Below are positions 51,384-60,172 of a stretch of 64,000 bases of DNA, one piece after another (the first letter of the stretch is position 1; each line of letters begins with the position of its first letter). A program made the position numbers and the translations under genes. Origin of the DNA: a virus; the IMG/VR virus record IMGVR_UViG_3300021067_000001, positions 1 to 64,000 of that record; one strand, written 5' to 3'. Under the pieces are notes generated by a model. That model saw only the letters and a list, made by a program, of their open reading frames with translations, made no database searches and had not been told where the DNA came from.

Positions 51384-52519
51384 TGATCAGAGAATGTACT
51401 TGCGATAACCTCGCCTACCCATGTGACATCCACGACACAGAAAGTCCCGATGTAGTGCGCCCTGGTAATTCTATCCAGAAGTGGTCTGATGAGGCTATGT
51501 TCACAGCGGAGCCTAGCGATGCCACGAACGGACCGCGCGTCTACCTCTTGGCAGCACCGGCAGACCCGCTAGGGGCCGTAGCGGCGGCTGCAAAGATGTA
51601 CAAGGGCGAGGTCGTTCGGGATCTCGCGACAGTCACCGATGCGGATCGACGCTATTATCTGGGCGAGATGAAGAAGACCAAGTTGAAGATGCCGCTGGAG
51701 GCGGTGCAGCTGCATTTTCTCCTTGATGGCGTAACCCGCGCGTTCACCCATCAGCTTGTGCGTCAGCGAACCGCTGCATATGCGCAGGAATCCATGCGCT
51801 TTGCCGTGATTGAAGACAGCTTTGTGAATCGCGTAGCATTGCCCCCATCACTGGCTGGTACGCGTAGCTGGTCTGAGCGTGTATCGCAGACTATGGATGA
51901 CCTGCCTAATTCAACCTATGACCAGGCTGCGGATGCAACCGACCGTGCCTCAACCAAGCAAGAGCGTTGGCGCAGACGTTGGGATGAAGTTCTGGATGTA
52001 ATTCAGGAGAATTACAAGATTCTGGTGGATGCCGGCATGCCCGCCGAAGACGCGCGGGGATTGTTGCCAACTAACATAACCACCCGAGTGCACTACATCA
52101 CCAATCTTCGCTCGCTTCTGGACCATGCCGGGAACCGACTCTGCACACAGGCCCAGTTTGAGTGGCGCCAGGTTTTCGCGCAGATTTCGCAGGTGCTGCG
52201 TAATTACGAGCCTGTGTATTCCAGAACCTGGACATCTGGCCCCAACAATGAATGCGTCTCGCTCCAACACGGTTGCCGAGGCAATTGGCAGTATTTCGAG
52301 TTGTCACAGCTGCTACAGCCCGCTTGCTACCAAGTCGGCAAATGCGTGTTCGGCGCAGAATTTGACCGAAAGTGCAGTATTCGCAATCGAGTACAGATGT
52401 ACGCATCCGCTGGAGTTTCTAGCGATAGATGGGGTGATGGCTGCCAGGTGACCAAGGAATTTTCAATTGCGCCTATTTTCCCGGCTGAGTGGTTGTTGGA
52501 TCCAGGAGCTGCGCGATGA
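51383..52519 (+). CDS. thyX: ThyX-family (flavin-dependent thymidylate synthase-like) protein with variant motif and Cys-rich C-terminal extension
   Basis: FTHQLVRQRTAAYAQESMRF aligns to the ThyX motif RHRxxSxxxxSxRY but reads RQRxxA. ARGLLPTNITT...NLRSLLDH...RLCTQAQFEWRQV matches the second ThyX block. Confidence 0.7.
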   Translation: MIRECTCDNLAYPCDIHDTESPDVVRPGNSIQKWSDEAMFTAEPSDATNGPRVYLLAAPADPLGAVAAAAKMYKGEVVRDLATVTDADRRYYLGEMKKTKLKMPLEAVQLHFLLDGVTRAFTHQLVRQRTAAYAQESMRFAVIEDSFVNRVALPPSLAGTRSWSERVSQTMDDLPNSTYDQAADATDRASTKQERWRRRWDEVLDVIQENYKILVDAGMPAEDARGLLPTNITTRVHYITNLRSLLDHAGNRLCTQAQFEWRQVFAQISQVLRNYEPVYSRTWTSGPNNECVSLQHGCRGNWQYFELSQLLQPACYQVGKCVFGAEFDRKCSIRNRVQMYASAGVSSDRWGDGCQVTKEFSIAPIFPAEWLLDPGAAR

Positions 52520-52767
52520 CTGAAACGCCAATCTATGACCAGATTCGAAAAGAAATGCAGTTCAACTCAACTCCAGGTGTTCGGTTCTTCACGGACGAGA
52601 ATGGGCCGCCTGAGGGCGAATCCATTCTGATGGAAAATGTGCATGGCATGCAGATTTTCTGGAGTGGCAAGCGCTGGGTTGAAGCGGACCAGGCCGTGTA
52701 TTCGCAAAATTACGATTCTTGGCCACCCCGTGATTACGATGGGCCTTGGCGAGAGGTGCCGGAATGA
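52516..52767 (+). CDS. hypothetical protein
   Basis: ATGA coupling at 52516 (the track opens at 52489). Confidence 0.5.
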   Translation: MTETPIYDQIRKEMQFNSTPGVRFFTDENGPPEGESILMENVHGMQIFWSGKRWVEADQAVYSQNYDSWPPRDYDGPWREVPE

Positions 52768-52907
52768 TTTTCAGACTTTTGGTGACAGTTTCGATGCTGG
52801 TTGCCTTGGCATCCTGCAAACCAAGCGATGAAACTGAATTGCCAATTATTACTCCATCTACAGTAGTTCCAGTTCCAACCGGTCCTACGATTACCCTGGA
52901 GGATTAA
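52764..52907 (+). CDS. 47-aa putative lipoprotein
   Basis: ATGA coupling. MIFRLLVTVSMLVALASCKPSDETELPIITPSTVVPVPTGPTITLED with lipobox LASC. Confidence 0.45.
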   Translation: MIFRLLVTVSMLVALASCKPSDETELPIITPSTVVPVPTGPTITLED

Positions 52908-52908
52908 A

Positions 52909-53163
52909 ATGGCTGGCAGAATTTACAAACCTCTGATGGCCACTATGGCTGATGATATTGTCAAGCACTGTGCAGAAATGACGTTGCGGCAATATTCAAT
53001 GGAATGGCATGAATCCTGTGGAGCGGCTGCTCGAATTGCCTCTGCCACATTGGCTGCTATTATTGAAGATGCCGAATTTTGCGGCGACGAACAAATCAAT
53101 TTGAATCGGTTGAGGCAAATCCGAAACTTGCTGGATGAGAGGGCAGCTCTGACACATGTCTGA
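52909..53163 (+). CDS. hypothetical protein
   Basis: 84-aa ORF with GGAGGA upstream. Confidence 0.5.
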   Translation: MAGRIYKPLMATMADDIVKHCAEMTLRQYSMEWHESCGAAARIASATLAAIIEDAEFCGDEQINLNRLRQIRNLLDERAALTHV

Positions 53164-53365
53164 AATCATTTCAGTCGAAAAGGATTGGCGATTATTGTTG
53201 CAAGCTGCCGTAATCGAGGCAGCTTTCAATGGCGTTGAAGCGCTGGAAATTCAGCAACAGTTCGAAAATGAATTGGAGCTGTATTACGTTGGAAATGGCG
53301 ATCCAGAAAACCCCGACCCGGACAACGTGTATGACATGCTCAAGGACAAGGAGCTGGGAATCTAA
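53156..53365 (+). CDS. hypothetical protein
   Basis: 69-aa overlapping ORF. Confidence 0.5.
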   Translation: MSEIISVEKDWRLLLQAAVIEAAFNGVEALEIQQQFENELELYYVGNGDPENPDPDNVYDMLKDKELGI

Positions 53366-53679
53366 TGCGGAGTCGCGCTGAATTGCAATTGGCAGCGCAC
53401 CTTGGGTTCTGGGTGACCACGCCCGGAAATCGCAAGGTAGAGCTGCTTGACATCAAAAGACTGCAAGATGCGATTCGCACCAGAGTTCGCACTACCAGAC
53501 CTGCTACGCAGCAGGAGTGCGAGATGTGGGACCACATGGTCGGATTGGCAGAGATGCTAGAGGCGCAAGGCGGATATAATGGCGGCACGGCGGATTTGAA
53601 GGGAATGCCAGCCGAGGAGGCCCGCAATCCTTTGGGCGACAAGAAAACCGAACCTTTGGGAAATGAGCCGTGTGACTAA
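53365..53679 (+). CDS. hypothetical protein
   Basis: TAATG coupling; 104 aa. Confidence 0.5.
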   Translation: MRSRAELQLAAHLGFWVTTPGNRKVELLDIKRLQDAIRTRVRTTRPATQQECEMWDHMVGLAEMLEAQGGYNGGTADLKGMPAEEARNPLGDKKTEPLGNEPCD

Positions 53680-54425
53680 TGGGGAAATGGCGCGATTTCT
53701 TCAAGGCTGATGGCGGTGTCCCGTTAACTACTACAGTTAACCAACCTACTATCGGAGTTACAGTAAATTCAGATGTCAGCTCTCAAGCTCTCAAGAAGAG
53801 GCTGGATGAATTTGCTGTACTAAGCGAAGGGATCGATGTGGACAATCGACACCGTGGACGCGTAATCGGCGGCTGGCATGGTGCTGTTCCACTAGGGCAC
53901 ATGTGTTTGCCTCCCGACATCTATGAAGATGGCTGGGGGCCAGGTAGCCAATACGTTTGTCCCGCGTGTGGTTGCCCTTGGCTTGCAGAAGGCATTCGTA
54001 TGCGAGCTGAAACCTACCGATGGTTTGGGCATGGAGCCAAGATGGCTTATGGGCCCAAACGCTGGACGTACAACGGTCCGGCTGAAGCAAAGTATCACGA
54101 TCCTAGCGGCGAGGCAGCGGCAAGTCTTTCTGTGCAGGAAGGCTTATACGATTGGCGTGATTCTGGAGAGGGCCTTGCAGAGCGTTTGGATGAAGTCATT
54201 CGCATTCTTGCCCGGATGGGAGTCGTGGCGCATTCTCTTCTGGAAAATGCACACGATGCCGCTGCGCGGGGATCGCATGCAGCGACCAAAATTGTCCCTG
54301 CGGCAAATTACCCGCAAGGGGGTGTTGTCAGCGGCACAATCGGCGATGTGAATCGGGCGAAGCATCCAAAGCATTCTAAGCCAGCTGGGGGCAACGAATA
54401 TGGCGGAAAGGAAGGTGGTAGGTGA
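53679..54425 (+). CDS. hypothetical protein with CPACGC motif
   Basis: TAATG coupling; 248 aa. ...YVCPACGCPWLAEG... Confidence 0.5.
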   Translation: MGKWRDFFKADGGVPLTTTVNQPTIGVTVNSDVSSQALKKRLDEFAVLSEGIDVDNRHRGRVIGGWHGAVPLGHMCLPPDIYEDGWGPGSQYVCPACGCPWLAEGIRMRAETYRWFGHGAKMAYGPKRWTYNGPAEAKYHDPSGEAAASLSVQEGLYDWRDSGEGLAERLDEVIRILARMGVVAHSLLENAHDAAARGSHAATKIVPAANYPQGGVVSGTIGDVNRAKHPKHSKPAGGNEYGGKEGGR

Positions 54426-55240
54426 GTGCAAAATCAGGGAGATTTTTGCATGAGTCTTTTCGACCACCAAAACACAAACTCCCGATTAGCTCGCTGTGCA
54501 GCAGCGCCGTAGTAATCGCTGTTGATCCTGGGTCAACCACTGGTTGGGCTGTTTGGCAAGTGCATCCAGAAGCTTTGTCAAATCCAGAAATTCTCATTCT
54601 GGAGAATGTGCAGTACTGGGCGCATGGTCAAATAGATTGCGGTGCTACCAAAGGTAATGCCGGGAATTCGGCTGCTATTTCTGCAGTGGAAATTCTTGAG
54701 GCTGAAGCCGGACAATTGATGGATGGTGAACGCATTGAGGAAATCGATGTATTCGCAGATGGCACCCTAACGCCAATCAGAGGGGCAGATTCTCTTGGGA
54801 TCAGCACAACAGGAGAATCCGCAGGGGCGTCAGAAATCTTGCAGTTAGTTGAAGGCTGGCCCGGTGCTGCGATAGTGGTTGAGGATTTCATTCTCAGAAA
54901 ATTTGACCAGGGTCGAGATATCCTGTCGCCTGTACGAGTCATGGAGAAGTTTGAGTTTGGTCTCTGGGTCCTTGGGCGAGATGGGCAAGCCTTTCGGCAA
55001 CAGCCAGCATTAGCCAAGACAACCGCAACAGACGATCGTCTGCAGCGTTGGGGCTTTTATCGCAGAGAAGGAGGTTTGAAGCACGCTCGCGATGCCGATC
55101 GACATGCGATTACTTTCCTCAGAAGGTGCTCGCAGGGTAAGCAGGGTCGGCTGTTGCGGGAAAAGGCCTGGCCGCATTTGTATGGAATCATCCAGACAAA
55201 AGACGGGCCAGTTGAAGGGCCATATTACGTCGCGGCCTAG
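54422..55240 (+). CDS. RuvC-like Holliday junction resolvase
   Basis: VVIAVDPGSTTGWAVW (first catalytic Asp), VVEDF, and C-terminal HARDADRHAITFL. GTGA start. Confidence 0.7.
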   Translation: MSAKSGRFLHESFRPPKHKLPISSLCSSAVVIAVDPGSTTGWAVWQVHPEALSNPEILILENVQYWAHGQIDCGATKGNAGNSAAISAVEILEAEAGQLMDGERIEEIDVFADGTLTPIRGADSLGISTTGESAGASEILQLVEGWPGAAIVVEDFILRKFDQGRDILSPVRVMEKFEFGLWVLGRDGQAFRQQPALAKTTATDDRLQRWGFYRREGGLKHARDADRHAITFLRRCSQGKQGRLLREKAWPHLYGIIQTKDGPVEGPYYVAA

Positions 55241-55277
55241 TTTCTGCAAGATTGCCAAAGGCGTAGAATAGGGACAG

Positions 55278-55316
55278 CCCCTGTACCAGCTTGCCACGTT
55301 CTTGCTGGTGCAGGGG
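55278..55316 (+). terminator. terminator-like hairpin after the resolvase gene
   Basis: CCCCTGTACCAGC-13 nt-GCTGGTGCAGGGG gives a 13-bp stem with one G-U pair. No U tract. Confidence 0.5.
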
Positions 55317-55403
55317 CGACCCGAATTGAATATGTTATGGGCAGGGTTTCAAGTTAGCCGGGCAGCTAGACTTGAGTATACCTTGTCAGACCTCGCTGTC
55401 GCT

Positions 55404-55544
55404 AGTCGGCAAAAGGTATCGCATATTAAACCTGGAACATTGCGTATTTAGGTGCCAACTTCACTTGAATCCGTAATGGGTGCAGAAGCAGGAGAACTCT
55501 GCAAACCTGTGGAGCACGCTAATATGCGATACCTCTTATCGACT
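55404..55544. promoter_or_regulatory. long-range 25-nt inverted repeat upstream of the primase-helicase gene
   Basis: AGTCGGCAAAAGGTATCGCATATTA (55404-55428) pairs with TAATATGCGATACCTCTTATCGACT (55520-55544). 22 of 25 positions are complementary, with an uninterrupted 15-bp core and a 91-nt spacer. Confidence 0.7.
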
Positions 55545-55608
55545 GGCGCCAGCCTTCTCGTGGTTTGCGATATGGCGATTCGCAAATTAGGGCTGACGGG
55601 AGCTACGT

Positions 55609-58422
55609 GTGACAGTGCTTGAATTTCCCTTTGCTTATCAAGAAGGTGATATTGATCCTTTTCACCAGAACTATGTAAATGCCTATCGTAGATCTGGTTG
55701 GATCCATCTCATCGCGCTTCCGTATGGAAAGCAAGATCCGCCTCCATCTGGTTTCACTGGTCGAAATGGCAAGATTCCCGGCGTTGAGAAATACAAGGAA
55801 TGGATCAGAGATTCCCGCGCGGGGGTGAAGGCTGCTGTTGGCGGGGATAAAACTGCGGGACCTTTAAATATCGCAATCGTACACGGCCCTGATACGATTT
55901 CGATTGATGTTGACGATTATGATGCCGTCGACAAGAAGACAGGCGAGGTTAAGCGCAAGACCGGCGGCAAGACCCTGCGCGACCTTGAAAAGAAGTTGGG
56001 AAAACTTCCTGCAGCATGGATTAGTTCGGCTCGCGGTGAACCCGGCGACTATGGCAGCGGCCAACGTTGGTTTAGGCTTAAGCCCGAGCACCAAGGTCTA
56101 GCATACAACGACAAGCCTGGCCCAAGTATCGAAATCGTGCGGCATGGGCATCGTTATAGCGTTGTCTGGCCCAGTATGAATGCCAGATCTGGGACGCGGT
56201 ACGTTTGGTACAAAAAGGATGCATTCCAAAGCGATGTATGGCATTCGCACGATGGCGTTCCCAATAAAAAAGAATTGCCTTATCTACCAGACCGCTGGGT
56301 TGAATTCTTAACTAATGGCTTCTCAGAGGCGAGGAACGTCAAGAAATTTGCAGCCGGAACGTTCAATGATAGTGATATAGCGGAATGGCTGGAAGATCGC
56401 GCCAAAAATGGCAGCTACGATGACGCTGCGTCTATTGGCGAAGGTGTCGAGCTGCCGCCGTGTCGCAAGATGTTTATTGCCCTGCAAACCGCTACAGATG
56501 AGTTGCCAAATGGCGCGCATGATTCGTTGACTAAGAATCTCTATCACGCGATGAGTTTGGCGCATGAGGGCCATTCCGGCATTAATACCTTCCTGAAGGA
56601 ATTTCGCGATGCATTTGTGGAAGAAGTGCAAGGCCGGCGCGATGGCGGCCGTGTAACAGCTGAACAGGAATGGTTCCGGAGCTTCAGAGGCTCGTTTGAG
56701 CGTATCGCTGCCCGTGAGGACCCCGTTGGTTCGTCCTGTCCGTGTTTCCGGGGCGATGGCAGCGGTTTTGCGGGGATCGCGCTTGCTAAAGACCCCGCAG
56801 AGTATGACCGAAGCGATGACGGTAATGCGGAACATTTGGTTGACCTTGCGGCCGGTAGAATGCGTTGGGTGCCAGATTGGGGCACTTGGGCAGTTTGGGA
56901 TAACGAGCGGCGTATTTGGGTTGAGGACGCTGACAATGTATCAGTAGCATATGCTAGAATGGTTGGCCCAAATTACCAAGCGCGGGCCAAAGATCTGCTG
57001 GAGTATGCGCGTGAAATGCCGGAAGGCTCTGAACGCGACGACATTGTTGATACAGCAAAGGCATTGTTGAAGTGGGGAACGGCTTCGCGAAACAGCTCCA
57101 AAATTACTGGCATGATTCGGGTTGCGAAGTCTTATCCAGACATCACCAAGTTTGCTACAGAATTTGATTTGGATCCAGCTATCCTGGCTGTTGGCAATGG
57201 GACTGTTGAATTCTCCCCAAAGCGCTTGGACGGACAAAATACTAGCAGCGTAATTCTGCGTGAGACTCGCATGGAGGATTTCAATACACTTTGTACCGGA
57301 GTGGATTACATTCCCTGGGAGCAAATTAAGTCTGGCGGCAGTGGAGCCGGCTTAATGCGCGCCAAGAAGATGGTTGACGAATACCTCGGCATATTCTTGC
57401 CAGATCTATCTGTGCGCTTTTATGCACAGAAGGCTCTGGGATATGGAATGTTTGGCGCTAATCCAGATCGCAAAATCTTCTTCCTACAGGGCAAGACATC
57501 AACGGGTAAGTCAACCATTCTTTCTGCCATTAGTGGTGCGTTAGGCAGTTATGCGAGCACCTTCAATCTTTCATTGCTACGTGAAAAACAGGATGAGGGT
57601 CCCCGCGCGGAGCTGGTGCATACCTTGCAGAAGCGGATTATCCATGCCACTGAAGGAGGCAATGAATGGCATCTGCATGCAGATATGATCAAGCGTGTCA
57701 CTGGCGGTAGTGATGCGATCTCGGCACGGAAGTTGTATTCAAATGCCATGATCGAGCGAGTGCCAGCGTTCACGCCCTACATCGCATCTAACAGCCCGCC
57801 GACTATTGATGGGGCGGATGCAGCATTGTGGCGCCGGTTGATCGTCATTCCATTTGATGTGCAAGTTGGCATTGAGGGTGGTGCGATCGGTCCCGAAGAG
57901 GCAGTGCAAAAGTCTGGCATTGATGCTTTCATGGCCACTGATATTGGTTGTCGAATGGTTTGGCTCAGCTGGTTGATTGAAGGCTACAAGCATTGGGCAA
58001 ATGAAGGTCTGGAGAATCTCCCAGATCCTGTTCGCAAGCGGACCGATGAATTTAAGACAGGCGTTAGCGATCTGCATATGTTTATCAATGAATGCTTGCT
58101 TTCTGGGCCTGGCGCGCAAGGAAAGTCTGTTTCCATTAAGGCCGCTTACAGCGTGTATGAAATCTGGTGTCATGAGAACCGCGTGGCGGATAGATACAAG
58201 ATTTCTATGCATACATTTACGCGGCGCCTGAAGGCGAATGGTCTGGAAGTGTTTCCGAGATATGCTCGCAAGGGCGAGGATGGATACAGCCCGACGAACC
58301 GAAACCCTGCGATGTACTTAGCTAATGTGCAAATTCGCACTGCTACAAAACCCAAGAAGTTTGATATGGCTCAGTTTGAGAAGCAATTCGAAAACAAGGA
58401 TGGTGGCAACAATGAAGGGTGA
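55609..58422 (+). CDS. bifunctional primase-polymerase / D5-type (SF3) helicase
   Basis: N-terminal prim-pol-like region with a DTISIDVDDYD acidic motif. Central D5_N-like region. Walker A FLQGKTSTGKST. 937 aa, GTG start. Confidence 0.85.
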   Translation: MTVLEFPFAYQEGDIDPFHQNYVNAYRRSGWIHLIALPYGKQDPPPSGFTGRNGKIPGVEKYKEWIRDSRAGVKAAVGGDKTAGPLNIAIVHGPDTISIDVDDYDAVDKKTGEVKRKTGGKTLRDLEKKLGKLPAAWISSARGEPGDYGSGQRWFRLKPEHQGLAYNDKPGPSIEIVRHGHRYSVVWPSMNARSGTRYVWYKKDAFQSDVWHSHDGVPNKKELPYLPDRWVEFLTNGFSEARNVKKFAAGTFNDSDIAEWLEDRAKNGSYDDAASIGEGVELPPCRKMFIALQTATDELPNGAHDSLTKNLYHAMSLAHEGHSGINTFLKEFRDAFVEEVQGRRDGGRVTAEQEWFRSFRGSFERIAAREDPVGSSCPCFRGDGSGFAGIALAKDPAEYDRSDDGNAEHLVDLAAGRMRWVPDWGTWAVWDNERRIWVEDADNVSVAYARMVGPNYQARAKDLLEYAREMPEGSERDDIVDTAKALLKWGTASRNSSKITGMIRVAKSYPDITKFATEFDLDPAILAVGNGTVEFSPKRLDGQNTSSVILRETRMEDFNTLCTGVDYIPWEQIKSGGSGAGLMRAKKMVDEYLGIFLPDLSVRFYAQKALGYGMFGANPDRKIFFLQGKTSTGKSTILSAISGALGSYASTFNLSLLREKQDEGPRAELVHTLQKRIIHATEGGNEWHLHADMIKRVTGGSDAISARKLYSNAMIERVPAFTPYIASNSPPTIDGADAALWRRLIVIPFDVQVGIEGGAIGPEEAVQKSGIDAFMATDIGCRMVWLSWLIEGYKHWANEGLENLPDPVRKRTDEFKTGVSDLHMFINECLLSGPGAQGKSVSIKAAYSVYEIWCHENRVADRYKISMHTFTRRLKANGLEVFPRYARKGEDGYSPTNRNPAMYLANVQIRTATKPKKFDMAQFEKQFENKDGGNNEG

Positions 58423-59017
58423 TGAGCCTACGCCCGGTCGCTCGGACGGCCCGGCGCGCCCGGAAGGCGCTTTGTCGGCCGCTAGCTCGGCCGTAGCTAG
58501 CTTGCGCGGTACCCCGGGCGTTCCGCTTCCGTTTACCCTCGGGCAAGACTTCTGGCCGGGCTTGGAGGAGCTGACAGAGGCTGCAGCCGAGCTGTTGCAA
58601 ACTCTGCTTAAGCTCAGGTCTTCTGGTGGACATGTGGGCTTGCGCCAGGTTATTCTGCTTGGAAGAAAGCCTGATGGTGCTGCGGTGGAAATTAAAACCG
58701 ATGTGCAGGAACCAGTGTTGTATTATAAAAACACTGAGTATATTGGCCAAACCCGCGCGGCGTTGATCGGCTTGATTGCAAGCATTGACTTCTTCATTAT
58801 TTACAACGAAGACAACCTTGGCCCCAATTTGGAAGGTCTGTATGACCCAGAGGCTGCGGTTCCTCGCGACGTACCCGAGTTGATCGAGCAGGAGAAGTTT
58901 CGTACGCTTCGAGCCATGATCGAAAAGCATTCAACCTTGCTTGCAGAGCATGCGAAGGGTGAATCTGAAGTAGAACAGGGTGAATCTGAAGTAGAACAGG
59001 GGAAAAACGATGGCTGA
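58412..59017 (+). CDS. hypothetical protein (contains GESEVEQ x2)
   Basis: ATG 58412 overlaps the primase stop (the track opens at 58325). Confidence 0.5.
   Translation: MKGDEPTPGRSDGPARPEGALSAASSAVASLRGTPGVPLPFTLGQDFWPGLEELTEAAAELLQTLLKLRSSGGHVGLRQVILLGRKPDGAAVEIKTDVQEPVLYYKNTEYIGQTRAALIGLIASIDFFIIYNEDNLGPNLEGLYDPEAAVPRDVPELIEQEKFRTLRAMIEKHSTLLAEHAKGESEVEQGESEVEQGKNDG
58958..58999 (+). repeat. perfect 21-bp x2 tandem repeat (in-frame)
   Basis: ggtgaatctgaagtagaacag occurs twice in a row and encodes GESEVEQGESEVEQ. Confidence 0.95.
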
Positions 59018-59453
59018 TTATGTTTGGTCAGAGCGCGAAATTGCTCGAATGTCTGGTGAGGAATTTGCGCGGTTAGTGGAGAGGCCCCGGGAGAGGCCGA
59101 TGCCGATCCATTTTTGGACGGACCAGGAAATTCAAAAGCAGAGTCAAGTTATACAGCGTTTGCTGAAGGTTTTGCAGGAGAAATTGGCGCAGCCAGAGCC
59201 TGACTTCACATGGCTGAAATCTGGAATTGCTCCATCTATGGTGGGATGTAACGAGAGCTATTGTCGATGTGCAGTTGAGGTTTATCCCGCGCGGCGAGGG
59301 GATCGGCAAGATGAGGTATCGCCTTTTGTGCGTAGTTTGCAGCTTGCTGCTATGCGCAGACGTCGGGATCAGCAGGGGGATGCGGATGATGCTTCGCAAA
59401 TCTCTGCACATATTGATGCGGATGATGCGTTTTGGGAAGACTGGATGAGATGA
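59010..59453 (+). CDS. hypothetical protein
   Basis: 147-aa ORF overlapping the upstream stop. Confidence 0.5.
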   Translation: MADYVWSEREIARMSGEEFARLVERPRERPMPIHFWTDQEIQKQSQVIQRLLKVLQEKLAQPEPDFTWLKSGIAPSMVGCNESYCRCAVEVYPARRGDRQDEVSPFVRSLQLAAMRRRRDQQGDADDASQISAHIDADDAFWEDWMR

Positions 59454-59566
59454 GAATCTACAGAGTGCAAAAAGGATTCAAGGCTTTTGGTTTCGTGCGC
59501 TTGCCTGGCGATGGTTGGTCATTTGGGTTAATATTTTGGATCTTTACCAATGAACCTGGCGAATAA
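59450..59566 (+). CDS. 38-aa hypothetical protein
   Basis: ATGA coupling. MRIYRVQKGFKAFGFVRLPGDGWSFGLIFWIFTNEPGE. Confidence 0.4.
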   Translation: MRIYRVQKGFKAFGFVRLPGDGWSFGLIFWIFTNEPGE

Positions 59567-59591
59567 ACGATTTGAATCAGTAACGCAAGCG

Positions 59592-59930
59592 TTAATAGCT
59601 TTGTTCTAGTAGGTATTCGTTTGCGGTATGTTTTCCGTCCGATTCGTCCCTTTCGTACTTGTTGATCCTTTTCGAGGAAAGTAGTCGAGCGATTACGGAA
59701 GGTAGGTTTTTTCTTATATTACGGAGAGTAGTCGAGGCGAACGGCGTGAATTCTATATTGAATTTGAGCAGAAAGGGATCTAAAGGAACCTTTAGAAGGA
59801 CCGATATATCGGTTACTGTCAGTAACCATAAGAAGATTCTACTTAGGACTAAACCCACCCGAAAAACCGGAAACACACATGTTAACCCACGGCTAACTAA
59901 GTTATCTTGATGATTGACGGAGAGTAGCAT
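59592..59930 (-). CDS. only minus-strand ORF with a credible start (112 aa, hydrophobic); may be non-coding
   Basis: ATG preceded by AAGAGGAAGAAG (GAGG 6 nt upstream). However, the ORF spans the palindrome/repeat cluster of an AT-rich intergenic region. Confidence 0.3.
   Translation of the reverse strand: MLLSVNHQDNLVSRGLTCVFPVFRVGLVLSRIFLWLLTVTDISVLLKVPLDPFLLKFNIEFTPFASTTLRNIRKNLPSVIARLLSSKRINKYERDESDGKHTANEYLLEQSY
59680..59927. repeat. dispersed direct repeats (iteron-like)
   Basis: AGTAGTCGAG at 59680 and 59727. ATTACGGA at 59692 and 59718. ACGGAGAGTAG at 59721 and 59917. Confidence 0.7.
59780..59827. promoter_or_regulatory. cluster of three palindromes (operator/origin-like)
   Basis: CTAAAGGaaCCTTTAG (59780-59795), ACCGATATATCGGT (59800-59813) and GGTTACTGtCAGTAACC (59811-59827). 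Confidence 0.7.
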
Positions 59931-60046
59931 CTTCTTCCTCTTATCCTAGAAAAGCTGGGATTATTTGCACGAGCCATCGGTATTTATTTTAAATAGCGAG
60001 GGAAAGCGTTTAAATTTCGTAACAAGGGCGCGCTACCCCCGGGCGG

Positions 60047-60071
60047 TACGCGTTACGCGTAGGGATTTTTT
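60047..60071 (+). terminator. weak terminator-like hairpin plus T run
   Basis: TACGCG-tta-CGCGTA (6-bp stem), then GGGA and TTTTTT. Confidence 0.35.
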
Positions 60072-60110
60072 ATGCACTATTTTAGTTGCTATGCAATTAA
60101 TTTCTGTGAT

Positions 60111-60139
60111 TTTAGCCCAATCGTTTGGCAGGGTAAGAT
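60111..60139 (+). promoter_or_regulatory. promoter-like element upstream of the late small-gene block
   Basis: TTTAGC-N17-TAAGAT preceded by GGG (GGGTAAGAT; compare GGGTAAGGT in P1-P3). About 34 nt upstream of ATG 60173. Confidence 0.3.
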
Positions 60140-60172
60140 TTAATTAAAGTTTGATTAGGCGAATGGGCGATC

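Noticed and set aside
59659-59910. 83-aa basic + strand ORF in the AT-rich intergenic region.
   Set aside because: It has only a TTG start, with no RBS and no internal ATG. It overlaps the palindrome and repeat cluster.
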